A DNA stretch of 46,513 nt from a virus (taxonomy: Duplodnaviria; Heunggongvirae; Uroviricota; Caudoviricetes). Below, one piece after another: positions 27,014-36,579 of this stretch; position 1 is the stretch's first letter, and the number at the start of each line of letters is the position of its first letter. The position numbers were made by a program, and so were the translations under genes. Where the stretch lies: the IMG/VR virus record IMGVR_UViG_2718218361_000005, one strand, 5' to 3'. The notes under the pieces were generated by a model, which did not search any database, was not told the origin of the DNA, and worked only from the letters and a program-made list of their open reading frames with translations.

Positions 27014-27481
27014 TCATCGAAGGCATTGCGTCCTGATGTATTCCTGAAGCGTTCTCAGTGCTGTTTGGTCGCGGATAATTCCGTCCCGGATACCGAGAAC
27101 GTTTCGTCCAGCAACTGGAGAGAGTTCGACGGTGGCATCATTGCCCATGCCGGAGGCGCTGGAGGTTTCGGCTGAGGATGGCACAGGGCATTTTCCTTTG
27201 ACGAGCACCCGACCACCATTATCAAGCTTGCGCCGAAGAGCATCATTTTCAGCTTTCGCATCAGCTAACTCCTTCGTATATTTATCATCGAGTGCATCAG
27301 CATCACGCTGGCGCTGCTGCATGTCAGTAATGGTGGCGTTCGCCTTCTCCAGTTCACTGGCCTTGTTATCGCGCTGTTCTTTGTAGGCGATTGCATTATC
27401 ACGGTAATGATTAACAGCCCATGACAGGCAGACGATGATGCAGATAACCAGAGCGGAGATAATCGCGGTTACCCTGCTCAT
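27014..27481 (-). CDS. Rz: Spanin inner-membrane subunit Rz
   Basis: [26 protein letters not shown]... matches lambda/21 Rz; ATG overlaps the R stop. Confidence 0.9.
   Translation of the reverse strand: MSRVTAIISALVICIIVCLSWAVNHYRDNAIAYKEQRDNKASELEKANATITDMQQRQRDADALDDKYTKELADAKAENDALRRKLDNGGRVLVKGKCPVPSSAETSSASGMGNDATVELSPVAGRNVLGIRDGIIRDQTALRTLQEYIRTQCLR
27055..27261 (-). CDS. Rz1: Spanin outer-membrane lipoprotein Rz1, embedded in Rz in the +1 frame
   Basis: Embedded ORF with lipobox (VVGCSS) and proline-rich segment. Confidence 0.8.
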   Translation of the reverse strand: MRKLKMMLFGASLIMVVGCSSKENALCHPQPKPPAPPAWAMMPPSNSLQLLDETFSVSGTELSATKQH

Positions 27482-27975
27482 TGTTGCCCCCACAAACAGA
27501 CCTCACGCTCAATCTCACGACGAGTCATCAGGCCTTTCCATTGCTTACCGCCAGCGTATGCCCAGCGACGTAGCTGGTCACATGCGCCCTTGATATCGCC
27601 CTGGTTTATTTTGCGAAGAAGCGTCGATGTTCTGAAATTGCCAGCACCCACGTTGTAAACGAATGAGTAAAGAGCGCCGCGCGTTGTTTCCGGTATATCG
27701 ACTTTGATGTACGGGTTAATTTGTCTGGCGACAGTGGCAAGGTCTTTATTCAAGAGTGCTTTGCATTCTGCTTTGGTATACGTTTTACCGAGCATGATGT
27801 CTTTTCCTGTATGCCCGTGACATACAGTCCATACACCAACAATATCTTTATATGGTATGTAGCTGACACCTTCCAGACCATCGTCACCACTCGGACCAGT
27901 GATGAGCACAGACGCTATGGCAACAGCCCCACCACCAATAGCAGCTGCTACAGCCTTGCGTAATGATGGCGACAT
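27478..27975 (-). CDS. R: SAR endolysin R (phage 21 type, lysozyme family), 165 aa
   Basis: N-terminal Gly/Ala-rich SAR segment ([20 protein letters not shown]) followed by a lysozyme domain; matches R21/RrrD. Confidence 0.9.
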   Translation of the reverse strand: MSPSLRKAVAAAIGGGAVAIASVLITGPSGDDGLEGVSYIPYKDIVGVWTVCHGHTGKDIMLGKTYTKAECKALLNKDLATVARQINPYIKVDIPETTRGALYSFVYNVGAGNFRTSTLLRKINQGDIKGACDQLRRWAYAGGKQWKGLMTRREIEREVCLWGQQ

Positions 27976-28190
27976 TATTCACCTCTCGCAGCCTTACGCT
28001 TATCTTCTTTAATCTTGAAATAAAGGTTTGTCAGGTACGTCAGCAGGCCAAATACCAGGCTACCCAGCACTCCAATTGCCGCCCACTGTGAGGGCGTGAC
28101 TTTATCTAGCAGCTGTAAAAACCAGTACCCGGCACTACCTGCTGAGGTGCCATAGGCGACACCCGTTGTTAACTTATCCATGGATTTCAT
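27975..28190 (-). CDS. S: Pinholin S (phage 21 type) with dual start motif MKSM (71-aa and 68-aa forms)
   Basis: [26 protein letters not shown]... matches S21/EssD; two transmembrane segments. Confidence 0.9.
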
Positions 28191-28296
28191 AACCCCACCT
28201 CGCAGACAAAGCGGGTGTAAATTGAGGGAATACTACGAAACGTAACAGACTCGGAGTCAGTGAATAACTCAGGTATTGGGTTATCAGCTAATATCG

Positions 28297-28336
28297 AGAC
28301 TCAAAAAATGGAAAAACCCGCTCGACGGCGGGTTTA
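28297..28336 (-). terminator. Strong intrinsic terminator ~110 nt upstream of S, candidate tR' (Q-antiterminated late terminator)
   Basis: Hairpin aaacccgc-tcgacg-gcgggttt followed on the minus strand by ttttccatttttt. Confidence 0.55.
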
Positions 28337-28763
28337 AGCTGTGTGACGAAGTAACCACTCTTAACAGCATAACCAATTTTTTACGTACGTAAACCACTAA
28401 ATGATATTTGCGAGAATGCTACCGAGTATTGAAAACACCACTACAAATACATAAGCAAATCTCAACAAATAACCAACAAATAATTTCCAGTGTTATTTTT
28501 AGCCGATTTAAATTGAACCTTCAAATTATAGAGCACTTATAAATAACAGCCGTTAATATAAATTGGCTAATAGATTTATTTTTATTCAGCCAAGAGCTAT
28601 GAATAGGATTCGATAGAAAAAAGTTCAGATAAAAATAGAGATCTACTTCACAAATCAAACGAGAAACCAAAACTTACATCTTGAAATAATCACATTGATT
28701 AGATGAATATTTATCGCGCAGTGACATCATTTTTTAATAATAGTTCAAAAAAAAGGGCTCACG

Positions 28764-29846
28764 ATGAAAAAATTAACAGTGGCAATTTCTGCTGTAGCTG
28801 CATCAGTACTGATGGCGATGTCTGCTCAGGCAGCTGAAATTTATAATAAAGACAGTAACAAGCTGGATCTGTACGGGAAAGTTAATGCTAAGCACTACTT
28901 CTCCTCTAATGATGCAGATGATGGTGATACTACTTATGCCCGTCTTGGCTTCAAAGGTGAAACCCAAATCAACGATCAACTGACTGGTTTCGGTCAGTGG
29001 GAATATGAATTCAAAGGCAACCGCGCTGAATCTCAAGGTTCCTCCAAAGACAAAACCCGTCTTGCATTTGCAGGCCTGAAATTCGGTGACTACGGCTCAA
29101 TCGATTACGGCCGTAACTACGGTGTAGCATACGACATCGGTGCGTGGACTGACGTTCTGCCAGAATTCGGTGGCGATACCTGGACCCAAACAGATGTATT
29201 CATGACTGGTCGCACCACAGGTGTTGCAACTTATCGTAACAACGACTTCTTTGGTCTGGTTGATGGCCTGAACTTTGCAGCTCAGTATCAGGGCAAAAAT
29301 GACCGAAATGAAGTAACTGAAGCTAATGGCGATGGTTTCGGTTTCTCAACTACTTATGAGTATGAAGGATTCGGCGTGGGTGCAACCTATGCTAAATCTG
29401 ATCGCACTAATAATCAGGTTATCTACGGTAACAACGGTCTGAATGCTTCTGGTCAAAATGCTGAAGTATGGGCAGCTGGTCTGAAATATGATGCGAACAA
29501 CATCTATCTGGCCACCACCTATTCTGAAACCCAGAACATGACTGTTTTTGGTAATAACCATATTGCCAACAAAGCACAAAACTTCGAAGCTGTTGCACAA
29601 TATCAGTTCGACTTCGGCCTGCGTCCATCCGTTGCTTACCTGCATTCTAAAGGAAAAGACTTGGGTGTTTGGGGTGATCAGGACCTGGTTGAATATATTG
29701 ATGTAGGTGCAACCTATTACTTCAACAAAAATATGTCCACTTTTGTTGACTACAAAATCAACCTGATTGATAAGAGCGATTTCACGAAAGCATCTGGCGT
29801 TGCTACCGATGATATCGTTGCTGTAGGTATGGTTTACCAGTTCTAA
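28764..29846 (+). CDS. nmpC: General porin of the OmpC/OmpF/NmpC family (360 aa incl. signal peptide), apparently intact
   Basis: Signal peptide [23 protein letters not shown], porin beta-barrel ending ...VGMVYQF; located between Q and the lysis genes on the opposite strand, as nmpC in DLP12. Confidence 0.85.
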   Translation: MKKLTVAISAVAASVLMAMSAQAAEIYNKDSNKLDLYGKVNAKHYFSSNDADDGDTTYARLGFKGETQINDQLTGFGQWEYEFKGNRAESQGSSKDKTRLAFAGLKFGDYGSIDYGRNYGVAYDIGAWTDVLPEFGGDTWTQTDVFMTGRTTGVATYRNNDFFGLVDGLNFAAQYQGKNDRNEVTEANGDGFGFSTTYEYEGFGVGATYAKSDRTNNQVIYGNNGLNASGQNAEVWAAGLKYDANNIYLATTYSETQNMTVFGNNHIANKAQNFEAVAQYQFDFGLRPSVAYLHSKGKDLGVWGDQDLVEYIDVGATYYFNKNMSTFVDYKINLIDKSDFTKASGVATDDIVAVGMVYQF

Positions 29847-29983
29847 TTTGATTACTAAAAGATATGTTGTGGGAGGCTTTGCCTCCCCAACATATAAGTG
29901 GCTCCCTCAAGCCACTTCCTTTAGAAGCACAACCTTGCTTCTAACTATACAAACCTTCTGTTATATATTACCCTTTATTTTTG

Positions 29984-30008
29984 GGGGCGTTTCAACGCCC
30001 CATTTTTA
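29984..30008 (+). terminator. Intrinsic terminator downstream of the porin gene
   Basis: Hairpin ggggcg-tttcaa-cgcccc followed by atttttaat. Confidence 0.65.
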
Positions 30009-30034
30009 ATAACTTTTAGTAAATAATTGGCGTA

Positions 30035-30418
30035 TTAATTAGAGTTATTAACAACGATATCCATCTCTAACCGGATATCTAATGCCATTAACATCCCTTC
30101 AATTATGCCCTCAGCCTTCTGTAACCTTTTCCCGATATAACCATCAGAGCAGCAATGCTTACCTGCCAGTGACATGAATGTCATACCGACTACATAATAA
30201 TCTACTAATAAATCGTGCAAATCGCTGTTGTTCTTTTTCAGACGGGCCATGCACCCGCAAATGATCATCGCGTCATCGTCACAACATTGCGGGCGAGATT
30301 TTACTTTTGAAGTAATTAATCCCTTAAAACCGGCGGCAATGGACGACCAGGTCACATCTTCATGATTATTAGCCGCCCACGCTCCCCAACGCTCAAGAAC
30401 CATCTGAATATCACGCAT
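30035..30418 (-). CDS. Q: Late-gene antiterminator Q (QuuD-like, 127 aa)
   Basis: ATG at 30416-30418 ([21 protein letters not shown]...); Cys-rich zinc-binding region; position upstream of the lysis genes. Confidence 0.85.
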   Translation of the reverse strand: MRDIQMVLERWGAWAANNHEDVTWSSIAAGFKGLITSKVKSRPQCCDDDAMIICGCMARLKKNNSDLHDLLVDYYVVGMTFMSLAGKHCCSDGYIGKRLQKAEGIIEGMLMALDIRLEMDIVVNNSN

Positions 30419-30503
30419 CAACTTACTCCACAAAAATCAGACCAGAACGCCAATTACAAGCAAAAATCAACGAAACAGTATTAGTTGATTGTTATCTCTG
30501 ACT

Positions 30504-30626
30504 TCATACTCCTGCTCCTGTCAGGGTTTTGGCGTAATTCTTCAGTATTCGGTAATCGGTCAAAACAGAACCGGGGAAACGATATAAGCGCAGACGCCCC
30601 CAGCGGTGGCGAAGACGTTCTGCCAT
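30504..30626 (-). CDS. Small ORF YlcG-like (40 aa)
   Basis: Hand translation MAERLRHRWGRLRLYRFPGSVLTDYRILKNYAKTLTGAGV; sits between rusA and Q as ylcG does in DLP12. Confidence 0.5.
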   Translation of the reverse strand: MAERLRHRWGRLRLYRFPGSVLTDYRILKNYAKTLTGAGV

Positions 30627-30640
30627 ATAAAACTCAAACA

Positions 30641-31003
30641 TCATTCATTCCCCATTTCGGTGATGGTCAGTTCCAGCCTCCCACCTTTGGTAACAGGCAT
30701 CTTCACAACGCGGTAATCAACGACCTGAGCATCATCCAGCCAGAAACCTGCTTTAGTGAGTGCGTCAAAAGCGGCTTTTTGCAGATTATCCAGGTCACGG
30801 CGACGGCGATCCGGCATGTGGCACTCAATGCGGATTTTCACAGGCATAGCCAGGCCGATATCCAGCATTGCGTTTTTAATGATTCGGGCGACGTTATCGC
30901 GGTATGCCTGCCCCTCTGCGCTGACGTGCGTGCGCCCGCGATTATGGCGGTAATAGCGATTATTGCTCGGAGGCCAGGGTAATGTGATGCTGTAGGTATT
31001 CAC
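30641..31003 (-). CDS. rusA: Holliday junction resolvase RusA (120 aa)
   Basis: [18 protein letters not shown]...; matches RusA. Confidence 0.9.
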   Translation of the reverse strand: MNTYSITLPWPPSNNRYYRHNRGRTHVSAEGQAYRDNVARIIKNAMLDIGLAMPVKIRIECHMPDRRRRDLDNLQKAAFDALTKAGFWLDDAQVVDYRVVKMPVTKGGRLELTITEMGNE

Positions 31004-31290
31004 GCCTTAATAACCCCCTCTTTCAGCCAGATAACCTGTGTTCTCGCCATACCTTCCAGCGCGCATTCTTTTGCATATGCAGCATCGACAAAATGTGTGC
31101 GGCGGTCGATTTCGTCGTGGCAGGCAGAACATGCAATGGTGGCAATCAGGTCTGGCGGTTTGATACCGGTACCGCACAATCCAGCCAGCCGGATATGTGC
31201 CAGTACTGACGTTTCAGGATTGCCATTACATACGCCAGGGATTCTTACCTGGCATTCCCGACCACGCGCTGCTTTTCTCAAATCAGCCAT
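31000..31290 (-). CDS. ybcO: YbcO-like Cys-rich nin-region protein (96 aa)
   Basis: ATG at 31288-31290 ([26 protein letters not shown]...); several conserved Cys/His. Confidence 0.8.
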   Translation of the reverse strand: MADLRKAARGRECQVRIPGVCNGNPETSVLAHIRLAGLCGTGIKPPDLIATIACSACHDEIDRRTHFVDAAYAKECALEGMARTQVIWLKEGVIKA

Positions 31291-31453
31291 GATTCCTCCT
31301 TGCTGCCAGTCGCAACCATTTTTTATCAACCAGGCTGGCGGTATATCCGAGCAGTGTTGGTATTTCGGATGGTTTCAGCTCAGGCTTACGCTTACGACGA
31401 TTTGGTACTCTGTAGATGTGTCCGTTCATGACACGAATAAGCGGTGTAGCCAT
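31283..31453 (-). CDS. ninE: NinE (56 aa)
   Basis: Hand translation [56 protein letters not shown]; ATG overlaps the ybcN stop. Confidence 0.8.
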   Translation of the reverse strand: MATPLIRVMNGHIYRVPNRRKRKPELKPSEIPTLLGYTASLVDKKWLRLAARRNHG

Positions 31454-31908
31454 TACGCCTCCTGCTTGTCGCGCAGCAGCTGGAACTCGCAGCTCTGCGG
31501 AATAGTCAGGTGGCAGCCAATATTCACCGCCCAGGCTTCAACCTTACACAGGAAGACATACATCTCTCCGGTATCGAGATCGGAGGTATGACGTAATGAC
31601 TGAATGGTGGTGATTTCACCGGTTACGACATCAACCAGTTCTTTGGTTTCATAACCGAGATAAGTGTGTTTGAGAGCATCTTTTACCCAAGCTGGAGTGG
31701 CGAACGTTTTACCCCTGCTGATGAGGTATTCACTGATTTCGCTGTACCACATGTGGCTGAGTGCATTCTGGGAAAGACTGCGTCTCTCGCGCCATGGTTT
31801 AAGCACCATGCGAAAGCATTTGCCGTCCTCCAGATAAGGCTGGATCTGCCGACCGATAGCGGTGAAGTTACCGCGATGCAGTTTGATGCCATCTTGTGGG
31901 AAGTTCAC
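31453..31908 (-). CDS. ybcN: NinB/YbcN-like recombination protein (151 aa), GTG start
   Basis: GTG at 31906-31908 preceded by GGAGGTGA; product .[20 protein letters not shown]... Confidence 0.8.
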   Translation of the reverse strand: MNFPQDGIKLHRGNFTAIGRQIQPYLEDGKCFRMVLKPWRERRSLSQNALSHMWYSEISEYLISRGKTFATPAWVKDALKHTYLGYETKELVDVVTGEITTIQSLRHTSDLDTGEMYVFLCKVEAWAVNIGCHLTIPQSCEFQLLRDKQEA

Positions 31909-31946
31909 GCTTCACCTCCGCAGAGATCAAACGCTGGATGCAAGAT

Positions 31947-32036
31947 ATCGCAGGTGCATTTCTGCATCTGTGAATGGAGAAGAGAGTTTGGATTGTATGT
32001 GCGCATAAACGTCCCCGTTTAGCGCAGAAGTCACCG
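31947..32036. repeat. Left copy of a ~90-bp direct repeat (about 89% identical to 35605..35694), immediately upstream of ybcN
   Basis: Hand alignment: 80 of 90 positions identical, no indels; contains a conserved hairpin gcgc.taaacg-tc.c-cgttta-gcgc. Confidence 0.75.
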
Positions 32037-32145
32037 GAGTTGTTCAGGCTCCGATAGACTGGCCCCCTGAATCTCCAGACAACCAATATCACTTAAATAA
32101 GTGATAGTCTTAATACTAGTTTTTAGACTAGTCATTGGAGAGCAG

Positions 32146-32511
32146 ATGATTGATGTCTTAGGACCGGAGAAACGCAGACGGCGTACTACACAGGAAAAGA
32201 TCGCTATTGTTCAGCAGAGTTTTGAACCGGGAATGACGGTCTCCCTTGTTGCCCGGCAACACGGTGTGGCAGCCAGCCAGTTATTTCTCTGGCGCAAGCA
32301 ATACCAGGAGGGAAGTCTTACTGCTGTGGTCGCAGGAGAGCAGGTCGTTCCTGCCTCTGAACTTGCTGCTGCCATGAAGCAGATTAAAGAACTCCAGCGC
32401 CTGCTCGGCAAAAAAACGATGGAAAATGAACTCCTTAAAGAAGCCGTTGAATACGGGCGTGCAAAAAAGTGGATAGCGCACGCGCCCTTATTGCCCGGGG
32501 ATGGGGAGTAA
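32146..32511 (+). CDS. insC: IS2 transposase OrfA, InsC (121 aa)
   Basis: ATG at 32146 ([24 protein letters not shown]...), HTH, IS3-family orfA. Confidence 0.9.
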   Translation: MIDVLGPEKRRRRTTQEKIAIVQQSFEPGMTVSLVARQHGVAASQLFLWRKQYQEGSLTAVVAGEQVVPASELAAAMKQIKELQRLLGKKTMENELLKEAVEYGRAKKWIAHAPLLPGDGE

Positions 32512-33374
32512 GCTTAGTCAGCCGTTGTCTCCGGGTGTCGCGTGCGCAGTTGCACGTAATTCTCAGACGAACCGATGACTGGAAAGATGGTCGCCGCAGC
32601 CGTCACTCAGATGATACGGATGTGCTTCTCCGTATACACCATGTTATCGGAGAGCTGCCCACGTATGGTTATCGTCGGGTATGGGCGCTGCTTCGCAGAC
32701 AGGCCGAACTTGATGGTATGCCTGCGATCAATGCCAAACGTATTTACCGGATCATGCGCCAGAATGCGCTGTTGCTTGAGCGAAAACCCGCTGTACCGCC
32801 ATCGAAACGGGCACATACCGGCAGAGTGGCTGTGAAAGAAAGTAATCAGCGATGGTGCTCTGACGGGTTCGAGTTCCGCTGTGATAACGGAGAAAAACTG
32901 CGAGTCACGTTCGCGCTGGACTGCTGTGACCGTGAGGCACTGCACTGGGCGGTCACTACGGGCGGCTTCAACAGTGAAACAGTACAGGACGTCATGCTGG
33001 GAGCGGTGGAACGCCGTTTCGGCAACGAGCTTCCGGCGTCTCCAGTAGAGTGGCTGACGGATAATGGTTCATGCTACCGGGCTAATGAAACACGGCAGTT
33101 TGCCCGGATGTTGGGGCTTGAACCGAAGAACACGGCGGTGCGGAGTCCGGAGAGTAACGGCATAGCAGAGAGCTTCGTGAAAACGATAAAGCGTGACTAC
33201 ATCAGTGTCATGCCCAAACCAGACGGGTTAACGGCAGCAAAGAACCTTGCAGAGGCATTCGAGCATTATAACGAATGGCATCCGCATAGTGCACTGGGTT
33301 ATCGCTCGCCACGGGAATATCTACGGCAGCAAGCCAGTAATGGGTTAAGTGATAACAGGTGTCTGGAAATATAG
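32469..33374 (+). CDS. insD: IS2 transposase OrfB, InsD (DDE integrase core); expressed as InsCD fusion by -1 frameshift
   Basis: 301-aa ORF overlapping the insC 3' end in the -1 frame; DDE transposase motifs. Confidence 0.9.
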   Translation: MDSARALIARGWGVSLVSRCLRVSRAQLHVILRRTDDWKDGRRSRHSDDTDVLLRIHHVIGELPTYGYRRVWALLRRQAELDGMPAINAKRIYRIMRQNALLLERKPAVPPSKRAHTGRVAVKESNQRWCSDGFEFRCDNGEKLRVTFALDCCDREALHWAVTTGGFNSETVQDVMLGAVERRFGNELPASPVEWLTDNGSCYRANETRQFARMLGLEPKNTAVRSPESNGIAESFVKTIKRDYISVMPKPDGLTAAKNLAEAFEHYNEWHPHSALGYRSPREYLRQQASNGLSDNRCLEI

Positions 33375-33440
33375 GGGCAAATCCATCCGATGACATGATT
33401 ATGGCAAAATGATTATGTAAAATCAAAAGCCAAAAAACAA

Positions 33441-34370
33441 TTATGGTTTATTTTCTAGCTCTGATTTTTTGAAAGCTTCTATCAGACGATTAGCATCTTC
33501 TGTACCACCAGGAAGCACGTTTGATTTTTTAAGAATATACGGTGGGAACTTTGTTGTTAAATATTCATGCTTAAACCATCTACGAAACTCTGACAATGCA
33601 GAATCAGGATAGGCATTAATGATCTGAGGATTGGAACTTGCCTGAAGAAAATCTTCAGGGTAATAATGCTCACAGTCTACTCTTTCTCCAAATTCTGTTG
33701 CTAACCCCTTTGCTTTCCAGTGACGCGCCCAGCAAGAACCAACACTGCCATCAGGTACGGTATGCTGATTAATCGCTAATCCAGCATTGATGAGATCTAC
33801 CATCATACCTGCAATTTCATTAAATATAATGAAATACCCATCAGGTATGGTTCCCTTATCTTTTAATAAAGATACTCTGTCATGGTAATGCCTCCACGGG
33901 TCCTCCGGTTGATATTTTAGCGCCTCGTATATAAATGTCTTGAGGCCTTTTTTAGCAAGCTCTCTGTAAGATCTAATTGCAGTCTCACTTTCTGCTTGTT
34001 TTGCTTCAAAGGCATAGTATTCAAGTATAGCCATGCATACAACATCTGGATAAGCATGGTACTCAACACCATTTCGAATTATTGGTATATAAAGTTTTTC
34101 ATCTGTAAAACCTTCATTAAGAAGATATGTACCAATAAAAGTCATTCTTCCTTTTTTGAAAATACCGTTCTCAACAGATTGAGCCCACTCATCGGTAATT
34201 TCCTTGATTCGCAAACGCTGAACACCACAAACATTTGCCAACCCATTCTGAGTAAGGTACGGAATTCCGTTATCGAGTACCCCCATTTCTATACCGTTAA
34301 TGACAGCCTCTTGCTTAACATCTAAGTCTAAAGGTATGGATCTGAGGGAGGTAGTTCTCTGTTGTGCCAT
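33441..34370 (-). CDS. Hypothetical 309-aa protein with N-terminal KilA-N/Bro-N-like segment; AT-rich accessory gene
   Basis: ATG at 34368-34370 preceded by AGGA (track ORF starts at an upstream TTG); N-terminal segment AVINGIEMGVLDNGIPYLTQNGLANVCGV resembles the KilA-N/Bro-N DNA-binding pattern; no function assigned. Confidence 0.6.
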   Translation of the reverse strand: MAQQRTTSLRSIPLDLDVKQEAVINGIEMGVLDNGIPYLTQNGLANVCGVQRLRIKEITDEWAQSVENGIFKKGRMTFIGTYLLNEGFTDEKLYIPIIRNGVEYHAYPDVVCMAILEYYAFEAKQAESETAIRSYRELAKKGLKTFIYEALKYQPEDPWRHYHDRVSLLKDKGTIPDGYFIIFNEIAGMMVDLINAGLAINQHTVPDGSVGSCWARHWKAKGLATEFGERVDCEHYYPEDFLQASSNPQIINAYPDSALSEFRRWFKHEYLTTKFPPYILKKSNVLPGGTEDANRLIEAFKKSELENKP

Positions 34371-34574
34371 TTTTGATCCTATCAATTTGAATTAATTGAA
34401 AAAATTAGGTGTTCCCTATGCATTAGAACACTCATCATACTAACCCCACTCGTTTGTGAAAAAAACTAATTTCACAATCAGTTAACTCTCAAAATAACTG
34501 ATATTCATACTCTCGCTATCCCATATATAGACATCCTTGTTTTAATACAACACTCATGGCTGGCGGCTATACTC

Positions 34575-35177
34575 CTAACAGATTTGACGCAAATACGGCA
34601 ATACTCGACCCCACTTATCATCCTGCCACGGCTGAATTTTTATATGTGCCGTTTTTCTGGCAAGGATTTCGCGCGCCTTATGTAGTATCTGGGGATATTC
34701 TTGCTCGATAGAAGTAAAGCGACCGGCTTCGCGGTGCTCCGCAACCTGAAGAAGTGGAGTAACGTTCTGGCAGGCGGTTAACATCGTATCACTTGCTCGC
34801 CATAACCAAGCAAGTGTGCAAAGTTCGTTATCAGTGAATTGTTTTGTGATCGGGGATTGTTGAACTTCTCGATCGAGAATATCCAGAACCCAGCGGCGGA
34901 ACTCTTTGGCTACAGGAGTTCGTGCAAACATGGCGATCAAATGGGCTCCGCGAAGGCTAAATACTCGAGACTCCTGCATTCCACGAGGGGTGGTCACTTT
35001 GACCACCCTTGTCATCATATCTGTAAATTCATCTGAGTGACGAGAGTAAATGCGCTGAACTGCTTTATCGTCCGCATATTCCAGAGCTAAACCAACTTCA
35101 GTGGCAGTAAGCCAAATTCTGTTATTGTGGCAAATTGGGGTAAACGTCGTTTTGTGGAATGCTAATTGAGTAGTCAT
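34575..35177 (-). CDS. Bro-N domain protein, antirepressor-like (200 aa)
   Basis: ATG preceded by GAGGTGA; N-terminus FTPICHNNRIWLTATEVGLALEY...RVFSLRGAHLIAMFARTPVAKEFRRWVLDIL fits the Bro-N pattern. Confidence 0.6.
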   Translation of the reverse strand: MTTQLAFHKTTFTPICHNNRIWLTATEVGLALEYADDKAVQRIYSRHSDEFTDMMTRVVKVTTPRGMQESRVFSLRGAHLIAMFARTPVAKEFRRWVLDILDREVQQSPITKQFTDNELCTLAWLWRASDTMLTACQNVTPLLQVAEHREAGRFTSIEQEYPQILHKAREILARKTAHIKIQPWQDDKWGRVLPYLRQIC

Positions 35178-35331
35178 AGTATCACCTCATCAGGTTAACC
35201 ATCACCACCAACGACGCCAATCGACTGGTGGTGAACTGTGCAAGGTTGGCGTAACCGGCTACTCAAACCCGGCGCTCCCGAAGAAGCCCTCACACAGCCC
35301 ACCATAATTTGGGCGTAGCCGTGCTTAGCGC

Positions 35332-35354
35332 ATAAAAAAACCGCTTAACGCGGT
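35332..35354 (-). terminator. Intrinsic terminator downstream of the small hydrophobic ORF
   Basis: Minus-strand hairpin accgc-gttaa-gcggt followed by a T7 run. Confidence 0.6.
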
Positions 35355-35440
35355 ATGCGTTGAGTAGTATTCCGGGACGCCAATCCCGTGTGCCGATTTT
35401 GCGGCAACGCACAGAATATAGCGCCGGATAAATAATGTCG

Positions 35441-35536
35441 TCAACCCTTGCAAATGGGTGGTGCGATGATCACTACTACCACCATAATCGCTCCAACTGT
35501 TGCAACTACTTTAGGCCAAGACATCACGATTTCCAT
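35441..35536 (-). CDS. Candidate small hydrophobic peptide (31 aa)
   Basis: Hand translation MEIVMSWPKVVATVGAIMVVVVIIAPPICKG; AAGGTGA 2-3 nt upstream of the ATG; lies between the right repeat copy and a terminator; no homolog recalled. Confidence 0.3.
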   Translation of the reverse strand: MEIVMSWPKVVATVGAIMVVVVIIAPPICKG

Positions 35537-35604
35537 ATCACCTTTAGCCGCCAGACAAACAGAGACTCCCTGTTCTTGGCTGCCAAAAACACCGAATGCA
35601 AAAA

Positions 35605-35694
35605 ATCGCAGGTGTATTTCTGCATCTGTGGAGGGAGAATAGGATTTAGATTGTATGTGCGTATAAACGTCACCGTTTAGCGCAGAAGTTACCG
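35605..35694. repeat. Right copy of the ~90-bp direct repeat (see 31947..32036)
   Basis: Hand alignment with 31947..32036. Confidence 0.75.
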
Positions 35695-35772
35695 CCAAGT
35701 GTCAAGTCTGCGGTGACTTAATTAAACAGCATACTAAGTTATATAATACTAATATCATAAATGTTAATTATT

Positions 35773-36177
35773 TTAACCATTCATAATCGTGACCATTATT
35801 AAGTCACCAAATGCATTTATTATCGATGATATGATTATAATGATAACACCCCATAGAATATTCCTTGATACTGCACGACCTTTTTCAGAGGTTGAGGTGA
35901 CGCTCCCATCTTGTTGTACCGAACCAAAACTAAATGCTTCTCGCCTTGATAGGTAGATACCTTCTGCAAAAAGCGGAGAAAGAGTAAGCAATGTGCCAAT
36001 CATTATGCCTAAACATCCGAATCGGGGAAGAAGTGACCAATCATTTTCTATATATGCATATATGCAACCACATATCATTAGCACCAACCAGAAGGCAACC
36101 ATTAGCTTCTTGTTTGCAAGCCATTTTAAATAAGGATCAAGCAGATGTTTATCATCTTTGCTTATTTTCGTTGTCAT
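35773..36177 (-). CDS. Hypothetical integral membrane protein (134 aa, ~3 TM helices), AT-rich accessory gene
   Basis: ATG at 36175-36177 preceded by AGAGG; hydrophobic segments LMVAFWLVLMICGCIYAYI, FGCLGIMIGTLLTLSPLF, ILWGVIIIIISSIINAF. Confidence 0.6.
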   Translation of the reverse strand: MTTKISKDDKHLLDPYLKWLANKKLMVAFWLVLMICGCIYAYIENDWSLLPRFGCLGIMIGTLLTLSPLFAEGIYLSRREAFSFGSVQQDGSVTSTSEKGRAVSRNILWGVIIIIISSIINAFGDLIMVTIMNG

Positions 36178-36533
36178 ATAGCCTCTATTATTCAAAGTGT
36201 ATTATATCTTAACAATAAATAACTCAGATTTAAGTGAATGCTCGAGTTTAGCAATTCTTCCCCTCCTTCTATATTTTTGCTACCTACGGTATCCAATAGC
36301 TTACCTGATCTTACCCAGCCTCTTGCAAAATTGGTGACGAATCATAACCGGTTCGGATTACATCTAGTACTCTATATCAGTTAATTTATAAATAACTTCG
36401 CGTTGCTCTATGCAAATTAATACAATCAGTTCTTGCGTAAGTGCCTCCACCTGATCCAGTTATCGTCCTACCGCAATTGGGATTTTATGTGCACTGTATC
36501 CCAGTAAAAATTATGAATACATTATAGACAACA

Positions 36534-36562
36534 GAAATAAAAAACCCAGAGCCAACTGGGTT
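36534..36562 (-). terminator. Intrinsic terminator downstream of the secreted-protein gene
   Basis: Hairpin aaccca-gagccaac-tgggtt followed on the minus strand by ttttatttctg. Confidence 0.6.
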
Positions 36563-36579
36563 CATATGAGATTTTTTTG

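Larger units (their letters stand above)
32055..33385 (+). mobile_element. IS2 insertion sequence (1331 bp), complete, flanked by 5-bp target-site duplication TCCGA (32050..32054 and 33386..33390)
   Basis: Ends TAGACTGGCCCCCTGAATCTCC... and ...TGGAAATATAGGGGCAAATCCA; encodes InsC/InsD; identical flanking pentamers. Confidence 0.95.
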
